From positions 11,720,001 through 11,784,000 of the forward strand of contig NC_087245.1 in NCBI RefSeq assembly GCF_037042905.1: 64,000 nt of DNA, read 5' to 3'. Source of the DNA: Lytechinus pictus. Taxonomy: Eukaryota. This document shows positions 52,576 to 64,000 of the stretch, piece by piece. Positions within the stretch are counted from its first letter, which is position 1. Each line of letters begins with the position of its first letter. The notes beneath the pieces are model-generated. The model was not told the DNA's origin. It did no database searches and saw only the letters and a list, made by a program, of their open reading frames with translations. The position numbers and the translations under genes were made by a program.

Positions 52576-53054
52576 TTTTACGCGCGTGACACCGATAGAC
52601 CAAGCAACACTGCCGTGTGTTGCTGACCTCTACGTTCGTTTGGATAGAATATATGCACGCATATCGCATGCGCGCGCACACGTACACGTACACGTGACGT
52701 GAATATGCGGAAGTGATAGAAGGTGTGAATCTACCGCTCGACATTTCTTAACTATATAATAATTGCAGTTAACTTCTTGGAGACCAAAGCCACATTTTTT
52801 TTTATCATATCCCATTTGAACTACTGGAAACATGTCTTGGGATTCTTACATCGATAACCTCGTTGCCCAGACCAAAGATGCGTCGGGTAATGCTCATTGT
52901 GATAAGGCTTGTATCATCGGTATGGATGGTGGAGCACCGTGGACAACGGACGGACATGCGTGTGCATTTAAGGTATGACTATGAGTATGAGGTAACACCC
53001 ATGAGCTTAATATGACTCCATGAGCTATGAGCCCGGGGGGGGGGGGGGGGGGGG

Positions 53055-53563
53055 TAGCCAGGCGGCTTCTAGAGAGTAAAAATCATTTACTAACGTAAGG
53101 TCACTCTCATGAAGCCAGGCCTTCTATCCCATAGGCCACACAATGGAAGCCAAAACCTGAAACTTTCACCCCCGAGATTTCTACTTTCTTTCTAAAAGAT
53201 CTAGCCCTAAATCCCCAACGTTACCCGACGCACGCGTCTGTAACGTTGGCGAAGAACAATAGGAAACAAGATGGCGGCGTAAACATCGGGCAAGTCTCTT
53301 CCGTCTTTACACAATATTTCTCTCATTTTTTTGATGAATTCTTGTTCAAAAATAACAACGAGAGCGTAGAAATGTCGGAAATGAAGTTTTATCCCATGTA
53401 CATGATTTAGGGCTAGATCTTTTAGAAAGAAAGTAGAAATTTCGGGGGCGAAAGTTTCAGGTTTTTTGGTGGTACACGCAAAAGTATATGACGGAAGCCC
53501 TGGCTTCATGAGAGTGACCTTACGTTAGTAAATGATTTTTACTCTCTAGAAGCCGCCTGGCTA
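53055..53563. mobile_element. Academ-like MITE with long TIRs
   Basis: TAGCCAGGCGGC...GCCGCCTGGCTA; ~65 bp perfect plus ~55 bp further inverted match; inserted in a poly-G run. Confidence 0.8.
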
Positions 53564-53642
53564 GGGGGGGGGGGGCACTTCCATTAACGAGTGGATACCA
53601 TGCGCGACCATGGCATGGGGTCTTGAAAAGCACCCTAAACAC

Positions 53643-54098
53643 TAGACCAAAAGCTTCGGTCTCTGTTATGTTGGTTGTTCAGCTGAACTCCGTTGGCTTC
53701 ACTCACCAAATACAGAGACCGAAGTTCTAGCGCGATCTGTACAGGGGTCTGAGGGGACTCGATGGCCATATGTTTATGTGTATAAGTTCGGATAAAACAG
53801 GGAGGTGAAGTTGCGCGACAGCCGAGGTAAGTCACTGTTTTTGTTCTTTTTAACTTGATTTTTCCCGTTTTTTGGCAATTAATGTCAAGAGGGAATATTA
53901 ATTTGCATTTCGGTCGCGTGAATTTTCAAAAGTTAGATTCATTAAAGACAAAAATTGAAGAGCCCCGACGGGGGGATTTTGCATTGTAAGTCCCCTAATG
54001 GTGGCTGCACGATAGCGAGCCGTCTGTGTATGAGGAGAAATTTAAAAAATAAAAAAATGTTAAAAAACTCCCCGAAACAGACGGCTGCCAGCTGTCTA
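53643..54098. mobile_element. TAGAC...GTCTA element with 9-bp TSD (AcademH-like)
   Basis: cctaaacac at 53634-53642 and 54099-54107; a second copy at 3736-3881 has its own 9-bp TSD. Confidence 0.8.
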
Positions 54099-54107
54099 CC
54101 TAAACAC

Positions 54108-57100
54108 TTACTGCGGCAGCCCGAACACGTACTGTGTACGGGCTGCGTTGTGATTCACCCCGGCTCACCAGATGAAATCAGATGAGCATCGGGAATCACA
54201 GGAAAAGGAATAAGATTGGACAAAATTGTAATTAAGGAAATCCATACATACTCACAACTTAAGCCGCAATATACACGATTATCAAAACTATGAAATAATG
54301 CCCCAAAACTAGGCAAAAAGGGAGGGAATTTTTTTCGGTGTGTATTAATAGAAGTCGTTTGTACAGGAAGCAATGGAGGATCGATATAGCCTTTTGACGA
54401 GGCAACGAGATAAATATTTTTTTCACAAAACGGCGAAAAAATAAAAAACAAACAATAAAAGAGAAAAAATACTTAAAAAATAAAATGATAATTGAATATG
54501 CGATTTTAGTATGTTCGTATTTTCATCAAATCCTGCCAATACCACTAAAGTCCATATAGAAAATACAACAAACGTTCCCGACAAAAGGCTACCAGTCGAT
54601 GCGTCGGAGAAAGATTGTTATGAATATTCATGAGTCTAGTTCCGTAAATTCTTGCTCCCTTTTGCCTGGTAACCAGTCAAGATACGGGTTTGTTTGTTTT
54701 TTTTTTTTTTTAAAGAAATAAACATATTTTCGTATGAATTATTATTTTTCTTTCTTTCTCCTTCATTTTTTTTCTTTTCTTCTGTTCTAGTTTATTTTCC
54801 CTTTCCTTTTTTTATTCTTATGCTTTTCCCTTACCTTTTCATTTTTTGGGGTCGGTTTTCTTTTTCTTTCTTCCCTTTTTTTATTCTTTTGCCTTTTGCT
54901 TTTTTCTCGTTTTTTTTTTTATTCTTCGTCATTTTTCTTCTTTTATTTTTTTGTCTCTAATTTTCTTCTTGTCTTTATCCTCTTTTTTTTCTTTGTTTCT
55001 TCTTTGTTTTCGATAGATTGTACTCATGGTGTCATACAATTTTTTTATTATTATTACTATTGGAAACTCTACAGATATAGGTAAATAAACAAGCGAAGAA
55101 ATAAATGAATACTCATATATTAAAGGAATATTTTCAGTGGTGTACCCAGGATTTTCGAGGGGGGCGGGCAAATTCGTCCGCCCAAAAAATTGACAAGCAA
55201 AAAAAAAAGAAATGGTCTTCAACCACAAATAAAGGATTTCGTACCAGAAAAAAATGACTAGCAAATAACAAAAAAAAAAAGGTCTACAAGTTCAAAAGAG
55301 GGGGCCATTTGTGGCTGGTTGGGATCAGTTGTGATTCGTCGGGGGGGGGGGGGGGCAGGGGTACGTCCCTTGCATGAGTTGTGACTCGTCAGGGGGGGCA
55401 GTCTGCCCCCCCCCATTAGGTACGCTAGTGAATATATTCGTTGATCAAAATTATTGAGTGATCAGCAAATCACCTCTTTAAGATATTGATGCCTATTTTC
55501 TGGAACCCTGCCTCTGATAGGCCTGTGCTGACTTAGCCTAGAATCTAGAGGACTCCGTGATGTGAATTTTTTTTAAAGACATCATACAATGCTGGCTCCC
55601 ATATATTTTGATTTTTTTCTTTCTCTCTTGTTATGTTTTACATTTTGTTTATTTTGTATACTGTGCATGCATCCTTCTTTCAATTTGAATTGTATGTTGT
55701 ACGTTTTAATGAGAATTTGAAATAAATAAATGAAATGAAAATATATGCAAATCTCATTATCATCCAACAACCATTTTCATTATTGATGCCTATATCAATA
55801 TTAATTTGTAATATTTTTGAACGGAGATTATGGAATCATGAAATATGATTAAAATTCATATGTTTGTTTATAGATTACTATGTTATCTTTCATCTTTTTT
55901 GCATTCTGTAAGATTCAATCATCGAGTATATAAATCTCTGCAGGATAAGTATAGGCCTACAATCACAAAGAATTGAATTGCTCATTATATATAGGACGCA
56001 TAAAGTCGCCGCGAATCTTGCTTGTCTGATTGTTTTCTTGGCATCCAAGAGGCGTTTTTTTTTCTTCTAAAGACGTCTCGTTCTTTATCTTAATTGTTTT
56101 TACTTAAGAATTAATTAATAATAATGGTGACACTAAATCAGCTTATCTATATACTTCTACTACTGTACCACTGAAGAATTGATGCAGAAATCCAATTTTG
56201 TGATAGATTTTGTCATAACATCCCAATAAAAGTTAGGGCTTTATCATGCACCTTTTCAATTTTTTCTATAACAAGTGCGTCGCAAGGAGGTGGTGGGGTG
56301 GCCTTCCCCATCCTAACGCCCCCCCCCCAGGACAGTATACACGGTGAGAGCAAAGGGGAAAGCAATGGCGAAAAAGATAGCTTTGCAGGATTTTCTTTCT
56401 CATTTTCTTTCTCTCTAAATATTTGCTTCCGCGCAAGTTTGCGAGGAAATTATGATAATATTGTTTTTCTCCTTTATTTACCTTTCTATACTACCCCGTT
56501 TTCCCATCTCGGCTTAATGCTAGTGTGTTTCGTGGCGGCATCAAGTTTAAAAAAATAATATTTGGGAACGGAACTAGTATTAAGATTCTATGTCAAAATA
56601 ATATTTTTCTTTAAATTGAATACCAACTTTCCCGATCCTTAGGTAAGGGCAGTAAACTTTATAAAAACAATGCTGTCAATTACATACCCACAAAGGCTAC
56701 TTCTTTCGCTTTTCAGCTCTTTACTTATTTATTTAGGGCCGCGGACGGCCTTATCCTGAGCATTTAAAAGGGGCAGTTATAAAAATTGTGCCGTACAATA
56801 TATATGTGAAAAAAAGAAAGTACAATATTACTAGATGGAAGTTCATATGTCATCAATCTCCTTTCGCCTATTTTGCGCCATTAATTTGATATTTTGCATG
56901 TCATTTAAGTTTCTAATCATTCAAGTACACTGTTAAAAATGATTGGAAAAAAAACGCTGTTTACGACATGAATCACACAATTGTTTAAACAGTTTAAACA
57001 AGTGTTTAAATTCTTAAACAACGCAGTTTAAATTCAAATATTTGATAATCAAAGCATGATTTTTAAGACTTTAAACACTTGTTTAAAATGTTTGAACTAT

Positions 57101-58697
57101 ATACTGCGCAATTCACACAATAAACAGCGTTGTTATGATTATTTTTGACAGTGTAAGCGCTTCGTATAAATGAGTTCAATTAGTAGCGGAACCATGATTT
57201 TCAAGGGGGGGCACATTTTTTTCCAATGAAAACTTTGACGAGCAAAAAAAAGAAGAAAAGTTTTTCAACCAAAAATTAAGAAAATTTCGTCCCTGAAAAA
57301 ATTGACTCGCCAAAAAAAAAAAGAAATAAATTTTTGTTAACAAAAAAAAAAAAGAATAATTCGGCCCCGAAAAAAAATGACAAGAAAAAAAAAAAGATCT
57401 TCACTTTCAAAGGGGAGGGGGCACAGTTCGGTTTTAACACCATTTTTTACATCACAAATTTTCATTTTGGTTCTCAAGGGGAGGGGGGAGCACGAGCCGG
57501 CTTTGGCCTCCCCCTGGATCCGGCAGTGAGTTCCATGTTTTTAATTTGAATTTGACAAGCAAAAAAAAAAAAAGGTCTTTAACATAAAATTGGAGGTCGT
57601 TTTGTATTAATTTTCTTTAGAGGGGGGGGGAGGCGGATGACTAAAAAAACCTATGCTACTGCCATGAGGTGAATTAAACAACAAATGGTAATTAGAGATT
57701 ATCAAAGCGGCAGTTTCTTTTTTGTAATTATAATTATTCTTTACAATATCTTGATATTTCTTTTTAAAGGAGGCAACGTTGTTTTTAAGTATTTCCTTTC
57801 GTTTTAAAATCATATTCAATCCTTCCTCGTTGTTATAACAAGTGAAAAAGATGTATAAAATTTATAAAATCAGAATTCGTATTTAAGAAAATCGTAAATT
57901 GATTTTTCTACATGTAAAATTAGAATCTGTAAATATTTCTTTAATATTTCGTAATCACAAAGGGAATAATCATAATACAGACTAAAAATTTCTACATGAT
58001 CTAGAAATCTCTTAATATAATTATAAAACACAATCATACTGTTGATAAATTTTATTTTGTTCAGGAAGTTATATAAAAAACACACACACACACACCAAGA
58101 GAACAAAGCATAAACAATATGAAAAGGAGAGAGATATAACAAATTACAAAATAAAAAAAAAATATAACAGAAACACAGAATGCAACAAAATAAAAATATC
58201 AATGAAATAAATTATTTTTTCATAAATACAGATTTTTTTAAAAATGAAAATGAAAATATGGTATTGAATTATATGCCTATAAATATGGTATAAATAATCG
58301 AGGCGACTTGCCGAAAGTTTTGACTTTACATGCATATTCATTAAACTGTGTTGTAAAGACAGTGATGTCATCTTATAAATATTCATATGCGCATGCGCAG
58401 AAACTTTTTTTTCACGTTCTTCAAACATGGCGATCTCGCGATTGGAACAAAAGTCCGAAAATTGATGCTCTTTTGAAGGATTTCATGGAATTATATTCAT
58501 TATTCTTATTTCAAAGGTAAGCTGATTTAGGAATAGTTTGTTTAGGTAAGATTGATATTACTCGTTAGATTTTCAATTCATTATGATCATCGGTTTTCTA
58601 ATGCCAAACATCGCAAAGTTTTGTACTCCGGTGATAATGAGTGGTAGCATTCAGGACCTCGACACTGTCTTAAGACGTGTCGAGGTCCCCGGGGCAA
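54108..58697. mobile_element. Unclassified 4.6 kb insertion with 9-bp TSD and subterminal palindromes
   Basis: cctaaacac at 54099-54107 and 58698-58706; the host element resumes after 58706; hairpins at 54116-54146 and 58654-58688. Confidence 0.7.
56928..57153. mobile_element. Short palindromic MITE
   Basis: ta|cactgttaaaaat...atttttgacagtg|ta, with internal inverted tttaaacaagtgtttaaa. Confidence 0.7.
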
Positions 58698-59414
58698 CCT
58701 AAACACGTATGTTCCATATACTAAAAATGCACCCCTTAACAAGTATTGGCGCGTAAAACCCTACCCTTAACAAGTAATATTGGAAACAAAACGATACTCT
58801 TGTCTTGGCAAGTATTCCCTGAGGCCTGAATTGAACCCCTAAACAAGTACAGCGATATTTCTATTGTTATGTCACATACGTCGGTCGTCGGTTATGGTTC
58901 AGCCACACCTCGCGCAAATCGTACTCTAAACACGTAGTGTTGACTCTTCGGGCAAAAAGTACATCCTTTATAAAACATTTTAGTCTTAAATTTTTATACC
59001 CTCCCAAATTTGACCCTAAACATGTAGCTTTCGTAGCGAAAATAAATACCCTTTTTTCATTATTTTAGTGTTTTTGACACCCTAATTACGTTACGTACGT
59101 ACATGTAACGTGCCCTATCTTGAAAAAGACATCATTTTTACATGTTTTTTTGGTCGCGCATGGTATCCACTCGTCAATGTAAGTGGCCCCCCCCCCCCCC
59201 CCCCCCCGGGTCCATGAGCCAGGCTAAAGTCTAAAGCCCCGTTTTAATAGACAGTGCCCGGCCCCTGGTAGAGGGCGGGTAGAAAAAGGGGGATGAAATT
59301 CCTCAATGAGGCGATAAAAAATCACAGGTGGTAGCCTCCTTGCTCCGTCTTAACAGACACTCACTTAAAATCCTACCCTGGCCTGGTAAAGTTTGAATCC
59401 ATGGTAATGAATGC

Positions 59415-60100
59415 CCCCTCCCCCCCCCAAAAAAAAAGAGAGAGACAGAAGGAGAACTAAAGGAAGGAAAAGGGGAAAAGTAAAAGAAAGAAGAGGAGAG
59501 GGGGAAAGGAAAAAAGAAAAAATGAAGGAAAGGGGGATATAGAAAAAGATCAGGAAAAGGAAGGAATGGAAGATGGAAAAGAAAAGGAAAGAAAAAGAAA
59601 AATGAGAATATAGACATGAAAGGGGGAGGGAAAAGAAAGGAAGATAAGAGAGTGAGAAAAGGAGAAGAGAAAGGGAGATATAGAAGAAATGGCAAACGAG
59701 AGGGAGAGAAAGGACGGGGGAGAGAGAGAGAAAGAAGAGAGGACAAAACAAAGGGAAAGAAAAGGAGAAGGGAATAGAAAGGGGAGTGAATAGGAATGGA
59801 AGAAAAGAGGAAAGAAAAGGTGGGGAAAGGAAAGAAAAATGATAAGGAAGGGAAGAGGAAATGAGAAAGAAAAAGGAATTAGGGGAAAGGGAGATATGAA
59901 AAAAAAGGAAAGATAAAATGGGGAGAGAAGGGAAAGGAGAGAAAAGAGGGGTAAAAAGATAAAGAGAAATGAAAGAGAGGAGAGAAAAGGAAGAAAATAG
60001 AGAGAAAAGAAGAATCAAGAGAGGAAAAGAAAGAGAAGGGAAATGAAGGAGAGAAAAAGAGGAATAGAGAGAAAAGGAGAAAGGAATAGGAGAGGGAGAG
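59415..60100. repeat. Purine-rich (GA) low-complexity tract within a Harbinger-like repeat (~59235-60341)
   Basis: Almost pure A/G on the + strand; flanked by ccccgttttaatagaca/tgtctgttaagacgggg inverted ends. Confidence 0.8.
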
Positions 60101-61388
60101 CTTTTCAGCCAGACTGCACCCTGATCGCGTCTTAACAGAACATGCGTCCGGGCGTTAGTGGGGTAGAGTTGTTTTTCTACCTCGCTTCCACCCAGGTCTG
60201 AGCAGGCCGAGATTTGGAAAAATCCTTCCCGACACAGTCCTGCTTTTCTCCCAGTGGGAGCGTCTTAACAGGAATGGGGGATTTCTTTCGCCCTGCTTTT
60301 ATCGGGTAGGGCAGTCAGAAAAGTGTCTGTTAAGACGGGGTATGAGTGCTGTGCACCCATCGGAACATAATTCATATGCCGTGCCGTGCACATGAAAATC
60401 TCACACACACAGGCATGACACATGCAACACTTTTGCGCGACATTCCTAACGTTAGATCTCATGTTAATTGTTATACTAGGCATAACTTGTAAAGTTGATT
60501 GAAATTATTCTATCATTTGTAAATTAATGAACAATATAAAGTCCCTTTTTACCCCTATTTACCTTGGCTGGGAATGTGAGAAAAAAAAATTGTTTTTTTA
60601 ATTTCTTGATGTTGATGTTGTTGCTAGGCCTAGGGACAGTGATTTTCCGTTTCCAAAAATTGCCTTTTCCGTTTCAGCATGTCAGAAAACGGAAATTCTG
60701 TTTCCCAATAGACTTTGTGTACATAAAAAATAGAATTCTGTTTACCCATTGACACTCGCGCTGGTCAAAATTTGTATCTGCCACTGTACCAGCAATGCAG
60801 TAGAATCCATTCTAATGGGATCTATGCGGATACACAAAATATTTTGTCAAACATATTTAACATAAATACATCCTCACCTTTCGAATTATTAGCATTATTT
60901 TGCGGTTAAATAAAAATTCATCGATAATTTGGGGGGTTTGGACATCGTTTCCAGCAGTCAACGAGTTTTGCCTACATGTATCCGCCATTTTGGATTTCAA
61001 GACCCCGATATCGTGCTGTTACATCTTTGAACATAGAGGGCAGCAACACACGACCGTGTTGTTGAAATCAAGCATGTGCATGTGAATGTTTCCGATAAGC
61101 CCAATCCAACCCCGCCCGGGGGTTGTTAGGAAAAATATAATTATGTATATGTTGGGTTTAAAGAAGAAGGCGTATACCCTAAAAGCTGAGGCTTGTGGCG
61201 GGATATGCCTATAGATAAAAATACAATACAATAAACAATTCAAAGGTAAGGGCAGAGAAAAGTAGAGAAGGAAAGGGAACAAGAGAGGGAGACGTAAGCG
61301 GGGAGTGCTCAACAAATGTATCAGTGGGGGCAAAATATAAATGCAGCAACAACAATTGTCCATGGTTCATGTTATCATGTTAACTTAA

Positions 61389-62365
61389 AGGAGAATGAAA
61401 CTCTTGGAGCAAGTTAGCTTTTGTGAAAGCAGAAAAATCAAAGAATAAGATCAACAAAAGTTTGAGTAAAATAGGACTAGCAATAGAAGAGTTATGAGCA
61501 TTTTAATGTCGAGATCACTAATGCTATGGAGATCCTCCCATTGGCAATGCGACCAAGATCTATGATGTCACAGATGAACAACTCTCCCCTTTTGGACACT
61601 GAAAATATACCCCAAAACATCTCTTTTTGCTCTTTCTAATCATATGACAAACGATTTATCAATGATATAATGTTGTGAAACCTCTGTACTTGTCCTCTCA
61701 TAAAGAGAACACCTCACCTTGTGATAGACTCTATAAAAGTGAGAATATTATACCCCTTTCATAAACCCAATAAAACATATCCTCCAATTAGCCGCCTAAG
61801 AGTAATGCGGATAATTCAATAAAAATTGTGTTCACAAACTCCATAAATTATTTTTACGAGCGCCCGTCCTGAAAAAGGCGGATAATCGTCATGACAACTG
61901 GACACGCCCCCTCCAATGCGGTTGTGTTGGAAAAGGGTGACCTTGTGACCGCACCATGGCAATTATCCGCATTATTTGGAAATACGTTCATAAACTCAAA
62001 ATCTTGTCCCGATGCCGCTATTATGCGGATAATAGCAGCATCAGAATAATGCGGATAACTCTTGTCCTCCTCTGATTTTACGACCAAATTATGCTGCTAT
62101 TAGCCGCATAATTGTGTTTTATTGGGTTTATGAAAGGGGTATAAGTGAAATAAGTACTAAAGTAATGAAGGAGTTGTACGTGTGTGACATCACAGATCTT
62201 GGTCGCATTGCCAATGGGAGGATCTACATGGCATTAATGATCTCAATATTCAAATGCTCATAACTTTCTTATTATTCATTCAATCTTCCTCAAACTTTCA
62301 ACAATATGTTTTTTGATTTTTCTCTTTGATATGGATTCAGCTGGTTTCAAGGGTTTCATTCTCCT
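61389..62365. mobile_element. Kolobok-type MITE
   Basis: ttaa|aggagaatgaaac...gtttcattctcct|ttaa; inverted similarity over ~180 bp. Confidence 0.85.
61751..62141. mobile_element. PIF/Harbinger-like MITE nested in the Kolobok MITE
   Basis: TIR tacccctttcataaacccaataaaaca/tgttttattgggtttatgaaaggggta; tta/taa flanks. Confidence 0.82.
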
Positions 62366-62419
62366 TTAAAGTCGAAAGGAAACGTAAGATGGAAAATATA
62401 TAAAACGACAGAAGCAATT

Positions 62420-63190
62420 TTTGTCTCACCTGCATAGCAGAGTGAGACTATAGGCGCCGCTTTTCCGACGGCGGCAGCGTCAACACCAAATCTTAACCGA
62501 AGGTTAAGTTATTGAAATGACAGCATAACTTAGAAAGTATATGGACCTAGTTCATGAAACTTGGCCATAAGGTTAATCAAGTATTATTGAACATCCTGCC
62601 CGAGTTTTAGGTCACATGACCAAGGTCAAAGGTCATTTATGGTCAACTTAGACCATGTTGGGGGAATCAACTTCAAAATCTTAACCTAAGGTTAAGTTTT
62701 TGAAATGTCATCATAACTTAAAAAATGTATGGACCTAGTTCATGAAACTTAAACATGAGGTTAATCTAGTATTACTGAACATTCTGCTTGAGTTTCACAT
62801 CACATGACCAAGGTCAAAGGTCATTTAGGGTCAATGAGCTTTGGCCAAATTGGGGGTATCTGTTGAATTACCTTCATAACTTTGAAAGTGTATTGGTCTA
62901 GTTCATAAAACTTGGACATAAGAGTAGTCAACTTAGTCAAGTATCACTGAACATCCCATACGAATTTCAGGTCACATGACCAATGTCAAAGGTCAATGAA
63001 CTTTGGCCATGTGGGGGAATCTGTTGAATTACCATCATAACTTTGAAATTTTATTGGTCTAGTTCATGAAACTTGGCCATAAGGGTAATCAAGTATTACT
63101 GAACATCCTACCCAAGTTTCAAGTCACATGACCAAGGTCAAAGGTCATTTAGAGTTTAAATGAACTTTGACCAAGTTGGGGTATTTGTTG
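62420..63190 (+). mobile_element. Helentron/HINE-like element with ~160-190 bp tandem units, 3' truncated
   Basis: 5' gtctcacctgcatagcagagtgagac; four copies of cataactt...tagttcat(g/a)aaactt...cacatgaccaa(g/t)gtcaaaggtca. Confidence 0.7.
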
Positions 63191-64000
63191 TAATGTTGTA
63201 ACCCGCAAGTGAAAACCCGAACCGTACCGTCCCGTATAATCCAATAATTTGCAAGCGGGACCCGCTGACCCGTCGGGTTTTAACCCGCAAGTAAATTTAT
63301 CTTTGAAAAATGAAAATTATTTCTGCAATCCCCACACTATACAGGCTCAAATCACGAAAATATATGCCAACTACTAACCTAGCCTAGAGTGAATTTACTT
63401 ACAATTTGCAAATTCGCCTTTTATTCCGGAGAGAAAATGTTTTTGGGGGTTACTTTGTACCCGAAATGGGTCGGCTCTGATCTCGTAATCGAAAGCATTG
63501 CGCAATTAACTCCTCGGATCGGAGCCGCAGCTCAGCGCGCGCTAGCTACATGTAGCCCAGGCTGCCCAGCAAAGATCGGCAATGTTGTTTTTCAGTCCAG
63601 GACAGTCGACACGGCGACTCACAACAATCATAATTACAATATTCAATTCTATGGGACCTCGTCTATAAAGTAATCAAAATTGAAATAAATACCTTGATAA
63701 TAATACAGTCAATTTTTTCTTCTCGTATATCTCGTTATTATTTCTTTCTGTTTTTGCATTTCATTCGATATGGCCGCTGAAATTCGATGTTCAGTTTCCC
63801 GTCGCCCGCCCGCGTTATGAAATTTGGACCGCGTTTAAAAATCAAATTCTGAAAATAATTCATTATTTTACTATTTTGACATAGATCTAGATTCAGAACT
63901 GATATAAAACATTAATATAAGCTTTTCAGTCACAATTACTTGTATATCATGTAAATACCTGTAATTCTTCTCTTGTTTTTTTCTTGTGAATGGAATGACA

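Larger units (their letters stand above)
53032..59210. mobile_element. EnSpm/CACTA-like non-autonomous host element (CCCGGG ends) expanded by nested insertions
   Basis: TIR cccggg(g)n-cacttccattaacgagtggataccatgcgcgacca versus tggtcgcgcatggtatccactcgtcaatgtaagtggc(c)n-ggg; internal ccct(a/t)aac repeats at 58700-59030; no clean TSD. Confidence 0.75.

Overview
AT-rich animal genomic DNA with spliceosomal introns and many repeats. An echinoderm (sea-urchin-like) origin is my inference from the repeat style, not established. The only host gene I can support is the 3' part of a + strand FLVCR1/2-family (SLC49) MFS transporter: eight exons from 8287 to the stop at 21202, all GT-AG and in phase. The rest is mostly transposon-derived: a decayed Sleeping Beauty-like Tc1 element (27783-29328), a decayed 5'-deleted Gypsy LTR retrotransposon with one 1.4 kb LTR (37165-~44110), a LINE 5' fragment carrying a 2A-like motif, SINEs, minisatellites and many nested non-autonomous DNA elements. 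The most unusual signals are (1) a SINE whose head looks 7SL/SRP-RNA-derived (47614-47793), (2) two unrelated hairpin-ended elements inserted in tandem at one triplicated 9-bp target (53634-58706), and (3) an apparent intron with a duplicated acceptor inside the Gypsy LTR. Most ORFs in the supplied track are spurious. Superfamily calls rest on terminal sequences and TSDs only, and no database search was possible.
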